Part shown: positions 35,588 through 45,229 of the stretch, in pieces | Numbering within the stretch: position 1 is the stretch's first letter | How the letters are laid out: every line of letters starts with the position of its first letter | Assembly: GCA_020633315.1 (NCBI GenBank) | Contig: JACKDV010000004.1 | Location: 384,071 to 448,070, forward strand | DNA length: 64,000 bases | Direction of reading: 5' to 3' | From: Myxococcales bacterium | Lineage (GTDB): Bacteria; Myxococcota_A; Polyangia; Nannocystales; Nannocystaceae | Notes under the pieces: model-generated | What the model saw: the letters and a program-made list of their open reading frames with translations, nothing else | Database searches by the model: none | Told to the model about the DNA's origin: nothing | Position numbers and translations under genes: made by a program

Positions 35588-37537
35588 ATGGTCCTTGCCC
35601 CCTTCGGATTGCGTGGCTCCTTGCTCCTGAGCGTCGGCGTGCTGCTGGCCGCGTGCCCCGACGATCCCATCCCCTCCGACACCGAGCCGGGCACCACCAG
35701 CAGCACGGACACGGGCAGCGGCTGCGACCCGGGTGAGATCGCGAGCTGCACCTGCGAGGACGGCCGCGAGGGCACCCAGGTGTGCGAGGCCGACGGCCAG
35801 GGCTTCTCGCCCTGCGAGTGCGAAGCCGCCACCTCGGCGGTCGACGACACCAGCACCGGAGGCACCGACGAGACCACCGCGGGCGAGGAGAGCACCGGTC
35901 CCGGCGGCTGCGTGAGCGACGACGAGTGCATGCCGGTGAGCGGCGAGTGCTGGGTGGGGCTGTGCCTGGAGGACGGGAGCTGCTCGGAGCAGTGGGCACC
36001 GCCCGGCACTCCCTGTGGCGATCCCAACGACGACGAGTGCACCGCCCCCGACACCTGTGCCGGCAGCGTGTGCGTGTCCAACGACGTGGACGACGGGCTG
36101 AGCTGCACCGACTGCCCCTCGGGGCAGTGCGCCTGCGCGGCCGGGGCCTGCGGAGACTGCCCGGCCTTCGCGGTCACCAACAGCTTCAACACCGCGCGCT
36201 CGGTGGCGGGCTGGACCTTCACCGGGAGCTGGGGGCTCAAGCGGCAGACCCCACAGAGCCAGCTCGAGCTGCCGTCGCGCTTCCCCGGGCAGGTGATCGG
36301 CAGCGACGGCAACCGGGTGGCCCCGTTTCCGGGCGCCGAGACCGAGGTCTCGTACGCCCGCACGCCGCCGGTGGTGCTGCCGGCCACGCTCGGCTTCCTG
36401 TCGTGGCACATCGACGAGGGCGGCGGCACCACCGACAACAAGACGGTGCGGGTCTCCACCGACGGGGGCATGAGCTGGGACACCCTGGCCGACTGCGCGG
36501 TCGACCCGTCCTACGTGTTCTGCGAGTATCGGGACACGGGCAACCCGGCGGTGTGGTACCCCGCGCTGATCCCCGTGCCCCCCGCCCTGCAGGGCCAGGT
36601 GGCGATCGTCGAGTTCGGCTACGACACCGGCGACAGCTGCTGCGACTTCGAGAAGGGCTGGTACATCGACTCGCTCAACTTCGCCACCGAGTGCGCCTGC
36701 GGGGCCGACTCGGACTGCGACGCCTACTCCGACACCTGCGGCACCGGCATCTGCCAGCTCAACGGCGAGTGCGGGCTCGACCCCATGCCCGACGACACCG
36801 CCTGCGGCGACCCCTTCGACAACGACTGCAACGGCGCGGACCTCTGCGACGGCGTGGGCTACTGCGACGACAACGAGGCCGCCAACGGCCTGAGCCTGTG
36901 CGGCGACTGCCCCTCGGGGGCCTGCTCGTTCTGCGACGGCGACCAGTGTCTGGACTGCCTGAGCTACACCGACTTCGGCGACTTCAGCGACCCGGCCGGC
37001 GTCGCCACCTGGCAGGTGATCAGCATCACGGGGACCCCCGACTGGGGCCTGTACGACGAGGCACCGCCCAACGAGGACCTCGGCTCGCTACCCATCCCCT
37101 TCCCCAACGCGCCGGTCTACGGCACCGACGGCAACCGCAACCCGCCCTACCCCGGCGAGGAGGAGGAGCACTCGCAGGTGATCACCAACATGGTGGCGGT
37201 GCCGGCCGAGATCTCCTTCATGTCGTGGAACGTGGACGAGGGCGACTTCTTCGACACCAAGCGCATCGACATCTCCGTCAACGGCGGGATGACCTGGAAC
37301 AACCTCGTCGACTGTGCGGTGGCCCCCACCCAGCCCTTCTGCAACTTCGTGGACGAAGGCCGGGCGGCGAACGACTGGGACCTCGTGGTCCTCGACACCT
37401 CGATGTGGATGGGCCAGCCGGGGCAGCTCCGCTTCAGCTACGACACCGGCGACAGCTGCTGCACCTTCGAGCGCGGCTGGTACATCGATGACCTGAGCTT
37501 CGCCTCGTACTGCGACGACGAGCCGTTCCCTCCCTGA
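35588..37537 (+). CDS. Cys-rich secreted lipoprotein with two internally duplicated ~300-aa modules.
   Basis: 'LLLSVGVLLAAC' lipobox. Each module ends 'DTGDSCC(D/T)FE(K/R)GWYID(S/D)L(N/S)FA(T/S)(E/Y)C'. 50+ Cys. Confidence 0.75.
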   Translation: MVLAPFGLRGSLLLSVGVLLAACPDDPIPSDTEPGTTSSTDTGSGCDPGEIASCTCEDGREGTQVCEADGQGFSPCECEAATSAVDDTSTGGTDETTAGEESTGPGGCVSDDECMPVSGECWVGLCLEDGSCSEQWAPPGTPCGDPNDDECTAPDTCAGSVCVSNDVDDGLSCTDCPSGQCACAAGACGDCPAFAVTNSFNTARSVAGWTFTGSWGLKRQTPQSQLELPSRFPGQVIGSDGNRVAPFPGAETEVSYARTPPVVLPATLGFLSWHIDEGGGTTDNKTVRVSTDGGMSWDTLADCAVDPSYVFCEYRDTGNPAVWYPALIPVPPALQGQVAIVEFGYDTGDSCCDFEKGWYIDSLNFATECACGADSDCDAYSDTCGTGICQLNGECGLDPMPDDTACGDPFDNDCNGADLCDGVGYCDDNEAANGLSLCGDCPSGACSFCDGDQCLDCLSYTDFGDFSDPAGVATWQVISITGTPDWGLYDEAPPNEDLGSLPIPFPNAPVYGTDGNRNPPYPGEEEEHSQVITNMVAVPAEISFMSWNVDEGDFFDTKRIDISVNGGMTWNNLVDCAVAPTQPFCNFVDEGRAANDWDLVVLDTSMWMGQPGQLRFSYDTGDSCCTFERGWYIDDLSFASYCDDEPFPP

Positions 37538-37588
37538 GCGGGCTCGACGCGGCCTCGTCGATTCCTCCCTCGTCTCTGGTCGGCGGGC

Positions 37589-38764
37589 TCAGCCCTCGGG
37601 CTGCGTGGTCGGCCCTCCGGTGGGCTCGCAGCCCCACTCGAAGTCGTCGAGGAACACGTAGCTGTCGAGGATGGAGTCGCTCAGGTCGAAGACCGCGAAC
37701 ACCACGGTGATCATCTCGCCGCCGGTCACCCCGGCGGTGGTGGTGAGCCAGCCCGTGCCCGCGTGCTGGCGCATGCAGGTGCCCGCGAGCTGGGGCAGGT
37801 TGCCGCCGTCGTCGCGGTAGTCGAGGAAGCCGGCGTTGAGTGAGATCGGGTTGCCCGAGCCGTCGAAGGAGATGTTGCCCGTCCACTTCTCCGACTCCAG
37901 CCAGCCCACGTACATGTCGTTGAACTGCGAGCCGTAGTACCAGGGGTACTCGGTGGAGAAGAACGCGAAGTCGTAGCTGAACGAGACCACGTCGGGAGGC
38001 ACCTGCACGTCGAAGCGCATCTCCACGTAGTCGTTGGCCGACACGCCCTGCGAGAACTGGCCCTGGATGGTGTTGGAGCAGTCGCCGCTGCCCACCAGGC
38101 CGGGGTTGGCGGTGCAATCGCCTCCCACGTTGGCGGGCACCAGCGGGGCGGGCAGCGAGCCCCCGGGATCGTAGGGGCCCAGGTCGTCGTTGCAGTGGGT
38201 GGGCCACTGGTTGCTGTCGCCCGCCGGCGTGGTGCTGTTGAGATCGCCCACCAGGCCGCTGCCGATCACCGCGTAGACCGAGCCCTCGCGGGCATCGAAG
38301 GTGTTGGTCGCGCCGAAGGCCGAGCGGATGCCGATGGCGCTGGCCGGCCCCGAGGTGGAGGCGTCGACGGCCAGCTCGCCGGGGCAGTTGAGGCCCATCG
38401 CACGGAAGGGATCGTTGGTGCCCGCGTCGCAGGGCACGTGCTCGGGGATCGTGCACTCGCAGTTGCCGAGCTCCTCGCAGGTGGGCTCCTCGCCGGTGTC
38501 CTCGGGGGTCGAGCCCAGGTCGAACTTGGGGCCGTCGCCTGCATCGTCGCCGCCCGGGGCATCGTCGCCCTCGCCTCCGGTGACGTCGCCGCTGCCGTTG
38601 CCCTCGTCGCCGTCGCCCTCGGTGTCCTCGCCGCCGCCGCCCAGGGTCACGTTGATCCCGGTGAGCTGCCCGTCGCCCCGTCCTCCGCCGGGATCGCAGG
38701 CCACCAGGCCCAGCACGACCAGCCCCGCCATCCCGCTCCAGCCGCTTCGCTCGCTCACCCTCAT
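37589..38764 (-). CDS. Hypothetical lipoprotein with an Asp/Gly-rich linker and a Cys-containing C-terminal domain.
   Basis: 'MAGLVVLGLVAC' lipobox. 'GGGGEDTEGDGDEGNGSGDVTGGEGDD' linker. Start trimmed to Met at 38764. High GC3. Confidence 0.6.
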   Translation of the reverse strand: MRVSERSGWSGMAGLVVLGLVACDPGGGRGDGQLTGINVTLGGGGEDTEGDGDEGNGSGDVTGGEGDDAPGGDDAGDGPKFDLGSTPEDTGEEPTCEELGNCECTIPEHVPCDAGTNDPFRAMGLNCPGELAVDASTSGPASAIGIRSAFGATNTFDAREGSVYAVIGSGLVGDLNSTTPAGDSNQWPTHCNDDLGPYDPGGSLPAPLVPANVGGDCTANPGLVGSGDCSNTIQGQFSQGVSANDYVEMRFDVQVPPDVVSFSYDFAFFSTEYPWYYGSQFNDMYVGWLESEKWTGNISFDGSGNPISLNAGFLDYRDDGGNLPQLAGTCMRQHAGTGWLTTTAGVTGGEMITVVFAVFDLSDSILDSYVFLDDFEWGCEPTGGPTTQPEG

Positions 38765-39130
38765 GCCGCTCGTCCCCTCCGCTGCTCGGGCCACCCCCCC
38801 GCGCGCGAGCCGGGAGACCTCCGAGTCGTCCTCAATGTACGGCGCGTCGACCCGATGGCGAGCCGGCGTCCTCGAGCCATCGAGACACCAGCGGGCGACG
38901 GATTTCCGACTCGCGACGCGATCGGAGGCAACTTTGGGCAAGTCGCCCAAGGGTGGGTGGGGGGTGGAGCACCGCGCTGCGCAGTTGGCCCGACGCCCAT
39001 CGAAGACTCGGTGAGCGTCGCCGCGTCGATCACAGGCGGTGAGCTCGAGCCGCCTCCACGGGGGGTCATCGGAAATCCGGCCCGGGTCGAGCGCTCGCCG
39101 TCGTCGCGCCGACCTGCGCAGGGCGCTCGC

Positions 39131-39808
39131 TCAGAGCAGGAAGGGGATCAGCTTCTTGGTGCGCCCCTCGTAGGCCACGAAGTCCTCGCCGTAGCGCTCC
39201 CGCAGGTAGGCGTCGAGCTTGGGGATGTTGAAGAAGTAGAAGAACACGAAGAGGAGCGCGGGGACGAGGGCGGCCCAGGCCTCGTGGGCCACGCAGGCGA
39301 TGCCGCCCGCCCACAGCAGGTCGCCGAAGTAGTTGACGTGCATCGATATGGCGAACAGCCCGCCGGTGTAGAGCTTGCCGCGGTTGTCCTCGCGGGCCTT
39401 GAAGCGGTGGCGCTGGTACTCCGAGAAGGTGTTGAGGAACGAGCCCGCCGCGAACAGGGCGATCCCCACGAGCTCGAGCGCGCCGAAGGGGACGGTGGCG
39501 GGGGCGGCCATCAGCGGCATGCCCAGCAGGTACAGGGCGAAGGCCAGCGGCACCGAGATCGTCTCCTCCCACGGGATCCGGCGCCGCAGGAACACGAACA
39601 GGGTGAGGAGGAAGCGGGCCACGATCACGAGGTCGAAGGCGAGCAGCACCCGGTTGCGCAGCGGCTCGGGGTCGGCCCCGAACGCGCGCACGCCCTGGAG
39701 GCCGTCGCCGAGCAGCACCCAGCTCGCGGCGGCGACCAGCCCGAGCTCGGCCGCGAGGATGATCAGCTTCTGCGCCAGGCTGGAGTCTTGCTTGCCGTAC
39801 AGCTCCAT
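39131..39808 (-). CDS. Membrane methyltransferase-family protein (DUF1295 / isoprenylcysteine carboxyl-methyltransferase-like).
   Basis: Five or six TM helices. C-terminal 'LYTGGLFAISMHVNYFGDLLWAGG', 'RTKKLIPFLL' typical of the ICMT/PEMT/DUF1295 superfamily. Confidence 0.6.
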   Translation of the reverse strand: MELYGKQDSSLAQKLIILAAELGLVAAASWVLLGDGLQGVRAFGADPEPLRNRVLLAFDLVIVARFLLTLFVFLRRRIPWEETISVPLAFALYLLGMPLMAAPATVPFGALELVGIALFAAGSFLNTFSEYQRHRFKAREDNRGKLYTGGLFAISMHVNYFGDLLWAGGIACVAHEAWAALVPALLFVFFYFFNIPKLDAYLRERYGEDFVAYEGRTKKLIPFLL

Positions 39809-39872
39809 GGGAGGGCCTCGGGATCGTTGCCCGCGGGGCGGGCCGGGGTAGACGCTCGGCCCGAGGGCTCGA

Positions 39873-42536
39873 TCAGCTCTCGTCCTCGCTCCGCTTGGCT
39901 CGCAGCGCTCGCTCGATGTCCGCGGGCGATAGCGCATGCATCTGCACCATCGTCATCTGCTCCTCGTCGTTGGGCACGGCCTGGGCGTCGGGAGCCAGCA
40001 GTGGCGGCTGCTCGGGCGAGGCGGGAGGCCGCGGGAGCGGACCTGGCAGGGGGGTCACCTCGTCCTCGTCGAAGTCGTCCTCGTCGTCGAGTCGTGCCGG
40101 GGGTGGAGTGGGCGCGCTCCACTGGGGCGCCGGCTCGTCCTCGGGCTGGGGCACGGAGGGCGGCGGCACGGGGGCGGCCCACTGCGGGGGGCCATCGGTG
40201 GCGATCGGCGGCGGCGGGGTGGGGGCCGCCCACGGCGGAGGCCCGTCGTCGGGCTTGGGCACGGAGGGCGGCGGCATGGGGGCGGCCCACTGCGGCGACT
40301 CGGCGGAGGCCACGGACGGAGGCGGCATGGGGGCGGCCCACTGCGGCGGCTCGGCGGAGGCCACGGACGGGGGCGGCACCGGAGCGGACCACGAGGGCGG
40401 CTCGTCGGCGGCGACCGGGCCGAGCGGAGGCGGGGCCCACTGCGGCGGCTCGGCCCCGGCCCCGGGCGTCGAGGCGGGCGGAGGCGGAGCGGACCACTGC
40501 GGCGGCGCCACGGGCATGGGCGGCGACGGGGGCTCGGGCACGGGGGCCGTGGCCCGCGGCTGACCCTTGGCGAGCGCTCGGGCGATGTCGGCCGCCGACA
40601 GCGGGGTGAGCCGCGCCATGGTCGGGGCCTCCTCGCCGCCGCCGAAGGTGGTATCGGGGCCCATCGGTCCGAGGGTGGGCGCGTCGATGTCGTCCATCGA
40701 GCCGTGAGCCGGCCCGAGGGTGGGGCCCTCGAGGTCGTCGATGAGCGGAGGCCGAGCCCGCGACGGCGGGGCCGCGACGGGCGGCGCGATGGTGGGTGCA
40801 TCGAGGTCCACGCGAGGCAGCGCGGCAGCCCCCGGCGGAGCGATGGTGGGCGCGTCGAGGTCCACGCGAGGCAGCGCGGCGGCTCCGGGCGGGGCGATGG
40901 TGGTCGCGTCCTGATCGACGGTGTCCTCGGCCTCGGCTCGGGCCTGGGCGCGCTCGGCCGCGGCCTGGGCCACGGCCTGCTGGGCGCGGGCGATCTCCTC
41001 GGGCGTCAGCGCCCGCATGTGCAGCATGGTCGCCGGCTCACCGTCGTCGTCGTCGTCATCGTCGTCGTAGATGAGCTCGGAGATCGCCGCCTTGGCGGGC
41101 GGGGGGGGCCCGTCGGCCACGGCCGGCATCTCCGGCCGGGTGATCGCGCGGGACGAGGCGGGCGGGCTCGGCTTGGGCAGCAGCGACGGATCGAGCGGGC
41201 TCAGGGCGCGCGTGGCCTCGGGCTCCTCGGCGGCCGGCGTGCCGGGGGGCACCGTGGTCGCGTCCTCGTCGTGCCCGTCGTCGTCGTCCTTGCCCCCCTC
41301 GAGCTCGACCAGCGCCTCCATCAGCGCGGCACCGTCGAGGGTGATGGTGGCGTTGACGTCGAGCTTGGGGCCCGGCCGCGACTTGGGCGGAGGCGGGGGC
41401 GGTCGCGACGGCGTGGAGCTGCGGAGCATCACCTGCTCCATCTCGTCCACGAGCAGCTCGTCGAGGTCGAGGGTCAGCGTGCCCTCGGCCTCGATGAGCC
41501 GCACCGACGAGTCCTCCCGGCCGGGCACCGGGGCGCGCCGCGACTCCTCCATCACCAGGTCGGCGATGCTGAGCACCACCGTGCCCTCGGGGGCAGGGGG
41601 CGGCGGGTCCACGGGGGGGATCGTGCGGGGCCTGGGGATCTCCACCCGCTTGAGCGAGCGCAGGAAGCCGAGATCGGTGGGCCGCCAGTAGCGGGCGTGG
41701 TTGAGGATCGCGTCGGCCTTGTCGGCCTGCCCGGTGGCGCCGAGCTCCTCCACCAGGCGCTCGAGCACGGCGAGGGACTTGTCGGAGCGGCCGATGACAG
41801 CGAAGGCCTGCGCCAGGATCTCGTAGCCCACGATGTCGCCCGGGCTCGCCTTGGTGAGCTGGCCCAGGGCCCGCACCGCGTCGTGGGGACGGCCCAGCTC
41901 CAGGTACACCCGCGGCATGTCGCGCAGGGTGTTGAGGTCGCGGGGCTCGAGCGCGAGCACCTGCGAGGCCACGCCCACGTAGTCCTGGTAGCGCTTGGCC
42001 TGCAGCAGCAGGTTGCCCGCGTCGCTCAGGGCCTCCACCGCCTCGCGCTTCATGTGGCGCGCCTGGTAGATGCGCGCGAGCTGCATGCGGACCTCGGGGT
42101 TGTGCGGGTCGAGCTCCGCCCCCAGCCGCAGCATCTGCAGGCCGTCGGTCTGTCGCCCCGCGCCCAGGTGCAGCTCGGCCGCCTTGGCGCACAGCGGCCG
42201 CGCCTGCCGGCCGATGCGGCGGATCATCGGACCCACCGACATGTACACGAACGACTGCGGCGCGATGTTGATGACGCGCTCGCAGATCGCCAGACACTCC
42301 TGGGGGTGCCCCCGCGCCGCGTAGGCCTGGGCGACCATCAGGTAGTGCTCCGCCGCGGGCTCGGGCTGCTGCAGGTACGCCAGGCACTCGGCGAGCTGCA
42401 TGCGGATCGCGAACTTCGAGGGGTCTTGGTCCAGCGCCGCCGTGTACAGCTGCACGGCCATGTCGGGGCGCCCGGCCGCCTGCCACTGCGCGGCTTGGGC
42501 GGCGAGCTGCTCCGCCTGCGTCACCCGCGCGAGCAT
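39873..42536 (-). CDS. TPR-repeat protein with a long Pro-rich low-complexity C-terminal tail of tandem 'PPQWAAP(M)PPPSV' units.
   Basis: N-terminal ~300 aa of TPR-like helices. Acidic segment 'DDDDDDDDGE'. Three copies of 'DAPTIAPPGAAALPRVDL'. About 8 'PPQWAAP' units. Confidence 0.75.
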   Translation of the reverse strand: MLARVTQAEQLAAQAAQWQAAGRPDMAVQLYTAALDQDPSKFAIRMQLAECLAYLQQPEPAAEHYLMVAQAYAARGHPQECLAICERVINIAPQSFVYMSVGPMIRRIGRQARPLCAKAAELHLGAGRQTDGLQMLRLGAELDPHNPEVRMQLARIYQARHMKREAVEALSDAGNLLLQAKRYQDYVGVASQVLALEPRDLNTLRDMPRVYLELGRPHDAVRALGQLTKASPGDIVGYEILAQAFAVIGRSDKSLAVLERLVEELGATGQADKADAILNHARYWRPTDLGFLRSLKRVEIPRPRTIPPVDPPPPAPEGTVVLSIADLVMEESRRAPVPGREDSSVRLIEAEGTLTLDLDELLVDEMEQVMLRSSTPSRPPPPPPKSRPGPKLDVNATITLDGAALMEALVELEGGKDDDDGHDEDATTVPPGTPAAEEPEATRALSPLDPSLLPKPSPPASSRAITRPEMPAVADGPPPPAKAAISELIYDDDDDDDDGEPATMLHMRALTPEEIARAQQAVAQAAAERAQARAEAEDTVDQDATTIAPPGAAALPRVDLDAPTIAPPGAAALPRVDLDAPTIAPPVAAPPSRARPPLIDDLEGPTLGPAHGSMDDIDAPTLGPMGPDTTFGGGEEAPTMARLTPLSAADIARALAKGQPRATAPVPEPPSPPMPVAPPQWSAPPPPASTPGAGAEPPQWAPPPLGPVAADEPPSWSAPVPPPSVASAEPPQWAAPMPPPSVASAESPQWAAPMPPPSVPKPDDGPPPWAAPTPPPPIATDGPPQWAAPVPPPSVPQPEDEPAPQWSAPTPPPARLDDEDDFDEDEVTPLPGPLPRPPASPEQPPLLAPDAQAVPNDEEQMTMVQMHALSPADIERALRAKRSEDES
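40146..40520. repeat. ~48-51-bp GC-rich tandem repeats (coding the PPQWAAP units).
   Basis: 'ggcggcccactgcggcg.ctcggcggaggccacggacgg.ggcggca..gg' repeats back-to-back at 40281-40331 and 40332-40382, with degenerate flanking copies. Confidence 0.6.
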
Positions 42537-42604
42537 ACCACCCAAATGGTGTCGGTCGGCGGCCCGCCATCGCGGGTCCGCTCACGTGCCGCGCTCGGGG
42601 CGGA

Positions 42605-42955
42605 TCACTGGATGCAGACCTCGATTCGGCCCCCCGTGCCCTCTCGGTCGGTGTTCTTGCACTCGTAGCCGCCGCGGCAGTCCTCGTCCACGTAGCACTC
42701 GAGCAGGCAGACCCCGCCCGCCTTGCTCACGCACCAGGTGCCCGCGGGACAGTCGCGGTCGTCCCGGCACTCCACCGTGCAGGTGCCGCCCGGGAAGTCG
42801 CCCCCCTCCACGCAGCGCTCCACGCAGTCGCGGCTGTCCCGGCAGGAGCCCCCCACCAGGTCGCTGTCGTTGCCCACGTCGCCTCCGTGACACGCGAGCC
42901 CCATGAAGAACACGAACGGCAGCGACAGGACCAGCACGCGGAGCATGAGCCCCAT
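42605..42955 (-). CDS. Small secreted Cys-rich protein (12 Cys, ~116 aa).
   Basis: Signal 'MGLMLRVLVLSLPFVFFMGLA'. 'CRDSRDCVERCVEGGDFPGGTCTVECRDDRDCPAGTWCVSKAGGVCLLECYVDEDCRGGYECKN'. GC3 ~100%, versus mixed GC3 for the overlapping plus-frame. Confidence 0.5.
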   Translation of the reverse strand: MGLMLRVLVLSLPFVFFMGLACHGGDVGNDSDLVGGSCRDSRDCVERCVEGGDFPGGTCTVECRDDRDCPAGTWCVSKAGGVCLLECYVDEDCRGGYECKNTDREGTGGRIEVCIQ

Positions 42956-43033
42956 CCTAGCGGGGTCTCGTTCCCCGGAAAACGGTGCGCAGACAGGCCG
43001 GGAGCGGATGTGTATCCTTGCCGTCGCCCTACC

Positions 43034-45229
43034 GTGCTCGCTTCGTTGGCTCGCGTACTGCCGTTGCTCGTCGGCCCGATCCTCTTGCTGCTGGGCAGTC
43101 TCGCTCAGGCGGCCGAGCCGATCCGTCTGTGGCATGCGTACCGCGGCGCCGAGGAGGAGGCGCTCACCGAGATCCTCGCCGACTTCGACGGTGCGCCCGT
43201 CGAGACCCTGGCGATCCCCTACGACGCCTTCGGCTCCAAGCTGGCCGCGGCGATCCCCCTGGGTGAGGGGCCGCACCTCTACATCGACTCGCACGAGCGC
43301 CTGGGGGACTACCGCCGCCGCAAGATCGTGGTGCCGGTCGGCGACGCGCTGGAGGCCGGCGCCTTCGACCCGGTGGCCCTCGCCGCGGTGCGCCTCGACG
43401 ACGAGGCGTGGGCGGTGCCGCTGTCGCGCAAGTCGGTCGCGCTCTACGTGAACACGGCGCTGGTCGACGAGGTGCCGCCCACCCTCGAGGGCATCGTGGC
43501 GCTGCGCTCCTCGCTGCCCAAGGGCGTGTACCCCTTCGCCTACGAGGTCAAGAAGGCCTACTCGCACGCGCCGCTGCTGCACGCCTTCGGCGGGCACATG
43601 CTCACCGACGACGATCGCTTCGGCTTCGTGGGGCCGGAGGCCGAGGCCTCGGTGCGCTTCGCCGCGAGCCTGGTGGAGCAGGGCGCGGTGCCGGCCAACG
43701 CCGACGGCGGCCTGGTCACCAACCTCTTCAAGTCGGGCAAGGCCGCGTTCGCGATGAGCGGCCCCTGGCTCGCCGCCGACCTGGGCGACGCGGTGCCCTA
43801 CCGCGTGCAGCCGCTGCCGATCCTCGAGGCCACCGGGCGGCCCATGCAGCCCTTCCTCACCGTGGAGGCGGTGATGCTCTCGCCCCACGGCGCGCAGCGG
43901 GACGACGTGCGGGCGCTGGCGCGGCACCTGGCCGGCGCGGCCGCGGCCGAGGTCCGGCAGCGGCGGGCCCGGACCGTCACCGCTCGCCTCGACGTGGCGC
44001 CCCCGGCCGACGATCCGCTGCTGGCCGCCTTCATCGCGCAGGCCGAGCAGGCGATCCCCATGCCCACCTCGCCGGCGATGCGCTCCACCTGGGAGCCCGC
44101 CGACCGGGCGCTGGCCAAGGTGCTGCGCGGCCAGGCCGATCCCGCGTCCGCGCTCGAGGAGGCCGCCCACCGCTTCGACGACGTCCGCCGCCCGCCGCCG
44201 CCCCCCGCCTCGCCGCTGCCCATGCTGGTGATCCTGAGCGCGCTGACGCTGTGGGGGGCCTTCGTGTTGGTGCAGCGCGCCCGCCAGCCCGGCATGCGCG
44301 AGCGCCTGCGTCGCTCGCTGCCCGCCTACCGCTACGTGGTGCACGCCGTGCTCGCGGTGGGGATCCTCGTCATCCTGCCGCTGGTGGTCGGCGCGGGCAC
44401 GGCCCTGTTCGCGGGCCCGGCCGGCGAGACCCAGTACGTGGGCCTGGCCAACTTCGTCGACATCCTCACCGCGCGCGGCGGGCCGCTGCTGTCCACCGGA
44501 TCGTTCTACCTGGTGCTGCTGGTCACCCTGCTGTGGACCCTGGTCAACGTGGTCTTCCACCTGGGCCTGGGTCTGGGCCTGGGCCTGCTGCTCGCCCGCC
44601 CCCTGCTGCGCATGAAGGCGATCTACCGGGTGCTGCTCATCGTGCCCTGGGCGGTCCCCAACTACGTCACCGCGCTGGCCTGGAAGGGCATGTTCGACCA
44701 GCAGTACGGCGCGATCACGGGGGTGATCCTCGCCCTCAACGACACCCTGGGCACCTCGATCGAGCCCATCGCCTGGTTCTCCTCGTTCACCACCGCCTTC
44801 ACCGCCAACGCGGCCACCAACATCTGGCTGGGCTTCCCCTTCATGATGGTGGTGACCATCGGGGCGCTCACCGGGGTGCCCAAGGACGTGCTCGAGGCGG
44901 CCGAGGTCGACGGCGCCACCCGCTGGCAGCGGCTCACCAAGGTGGTGCTGCCCATGATCCGCCCCACCATGATGCCCGCCATCACCCTGGGCGCGATCTG
45001 GACCTTCAACATGTTCAACGTGGTGTTCCTGGTGTCGGGCGGCGACCCCGACGGCAGCACCGACATCCTCGTGTCCGAGGCCTACCGCTGGGCCTTCACC
45101 CGCGAGGCGCAGTACGGCTACGCGGCCGCCTACGCCGTGCTGATCTTCCTGCTGCTGATGGTGACCACGCGCCTGCTCGAGCGCACCAAGGGCCGGTGGG
45201 ATCGCGCGGGCCGGGGAGGTGACTCGTGA
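43034..45229 (+). CDS. ABC importer: fused periplasmic solute-binding protein (CUT1/MalE-like) + permease (MalF-like).
   Basis: GTG start giving the signal 'MLASLARVLPLLVGPILLLLGSLAQA'. ~420-aa binding-protein domain, then 6-TM permease with the 'EAAEVDGATRWQRLTKVVLPMIRP' EAA loop. The track start at 42887 was rejected because it overlaps the divergent Cys-rich gene and has poor GC3. Confidence 0.75.
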   Translation: MLASLARVLPLLVGPILLLLGSLAQAAEPIRLWHAYRGAEEEALTEILADFDGAPVETLAIPYDAFGSKLAAAIPLGEGPHLYIDSHERLGDYRRRKIVVPVGDALEAGAFDPVALAAVRLDDEAWAVPLSRKSVALYVNTALVDEVPPTLEGIVALRSSLPKGVYPFAYEVKKAYSHAPLLHAFGGHMLTDDDRFGFVGPEAEASVRFAASLVEQGAVPANADGGLVTNLFKSGKAAFAMSGPWLAADLGDAVPYRVQPLPILEATGRPMQPFLTVEAVMLSPHGAQRDDVRALARHLAGAAAAEVRQRRARTVTARLDVAPPADDPLLAAFIAQAEQAIPMPTSPAMRSTWEPADRALAKVLRGQADPASALEEAAHRFDDVRRPPPPPASPLPMLVILSALTLWGAFVLVQRARQPGMRERLRRSLPAYRYVVHAVLAVGILVILPLVVGAGTALFAGPAGETQYVGLANFVDILTARGGPLLSTGSFYLVLLVTLLWTLVNVVFHLGLGLGLGLLLARPLLRMKAIYRVLLIVPWAVPNYVTALAWKGMFDQQYGAITGVILALNDTLGTSIEPIAWFSSFTTAFTANAATNIWLGFPFMMVVTIGALTGVPKDVLEAAEVDGATRWQRLTKVVLPMIRPTMMPAITLGAIWTFNMFNVVFLVSGGDPDGSTDILVSEAYRWAFTREAQYGYAAAYAVLIFLLLMVTTRLLERTKGRWDRAGRGGDS

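Noticed and set aside
38195-42668. 804-aa and 910-aa plus ORFs overlapping the lipoprotein / methyltransferase / TPR genes.
   Set aside because: Both are antisense frames with Arg/Gly/Ala-rich translations. The minus frames hold lipobox, TM and TPR features.
42887-43033. Track-proposed start of the ABC transporter ORF at 42887 (acidic/His-rich 'MTREPHEEHERQRQDQHAEHEPH').
   Set aside because: It overlaps the divergent Cys-rich secreted-protein gene by 69 nt, has mixed GC3, and lacks a signal peptide. The GTG at 43034 gives a proper signal sequence.
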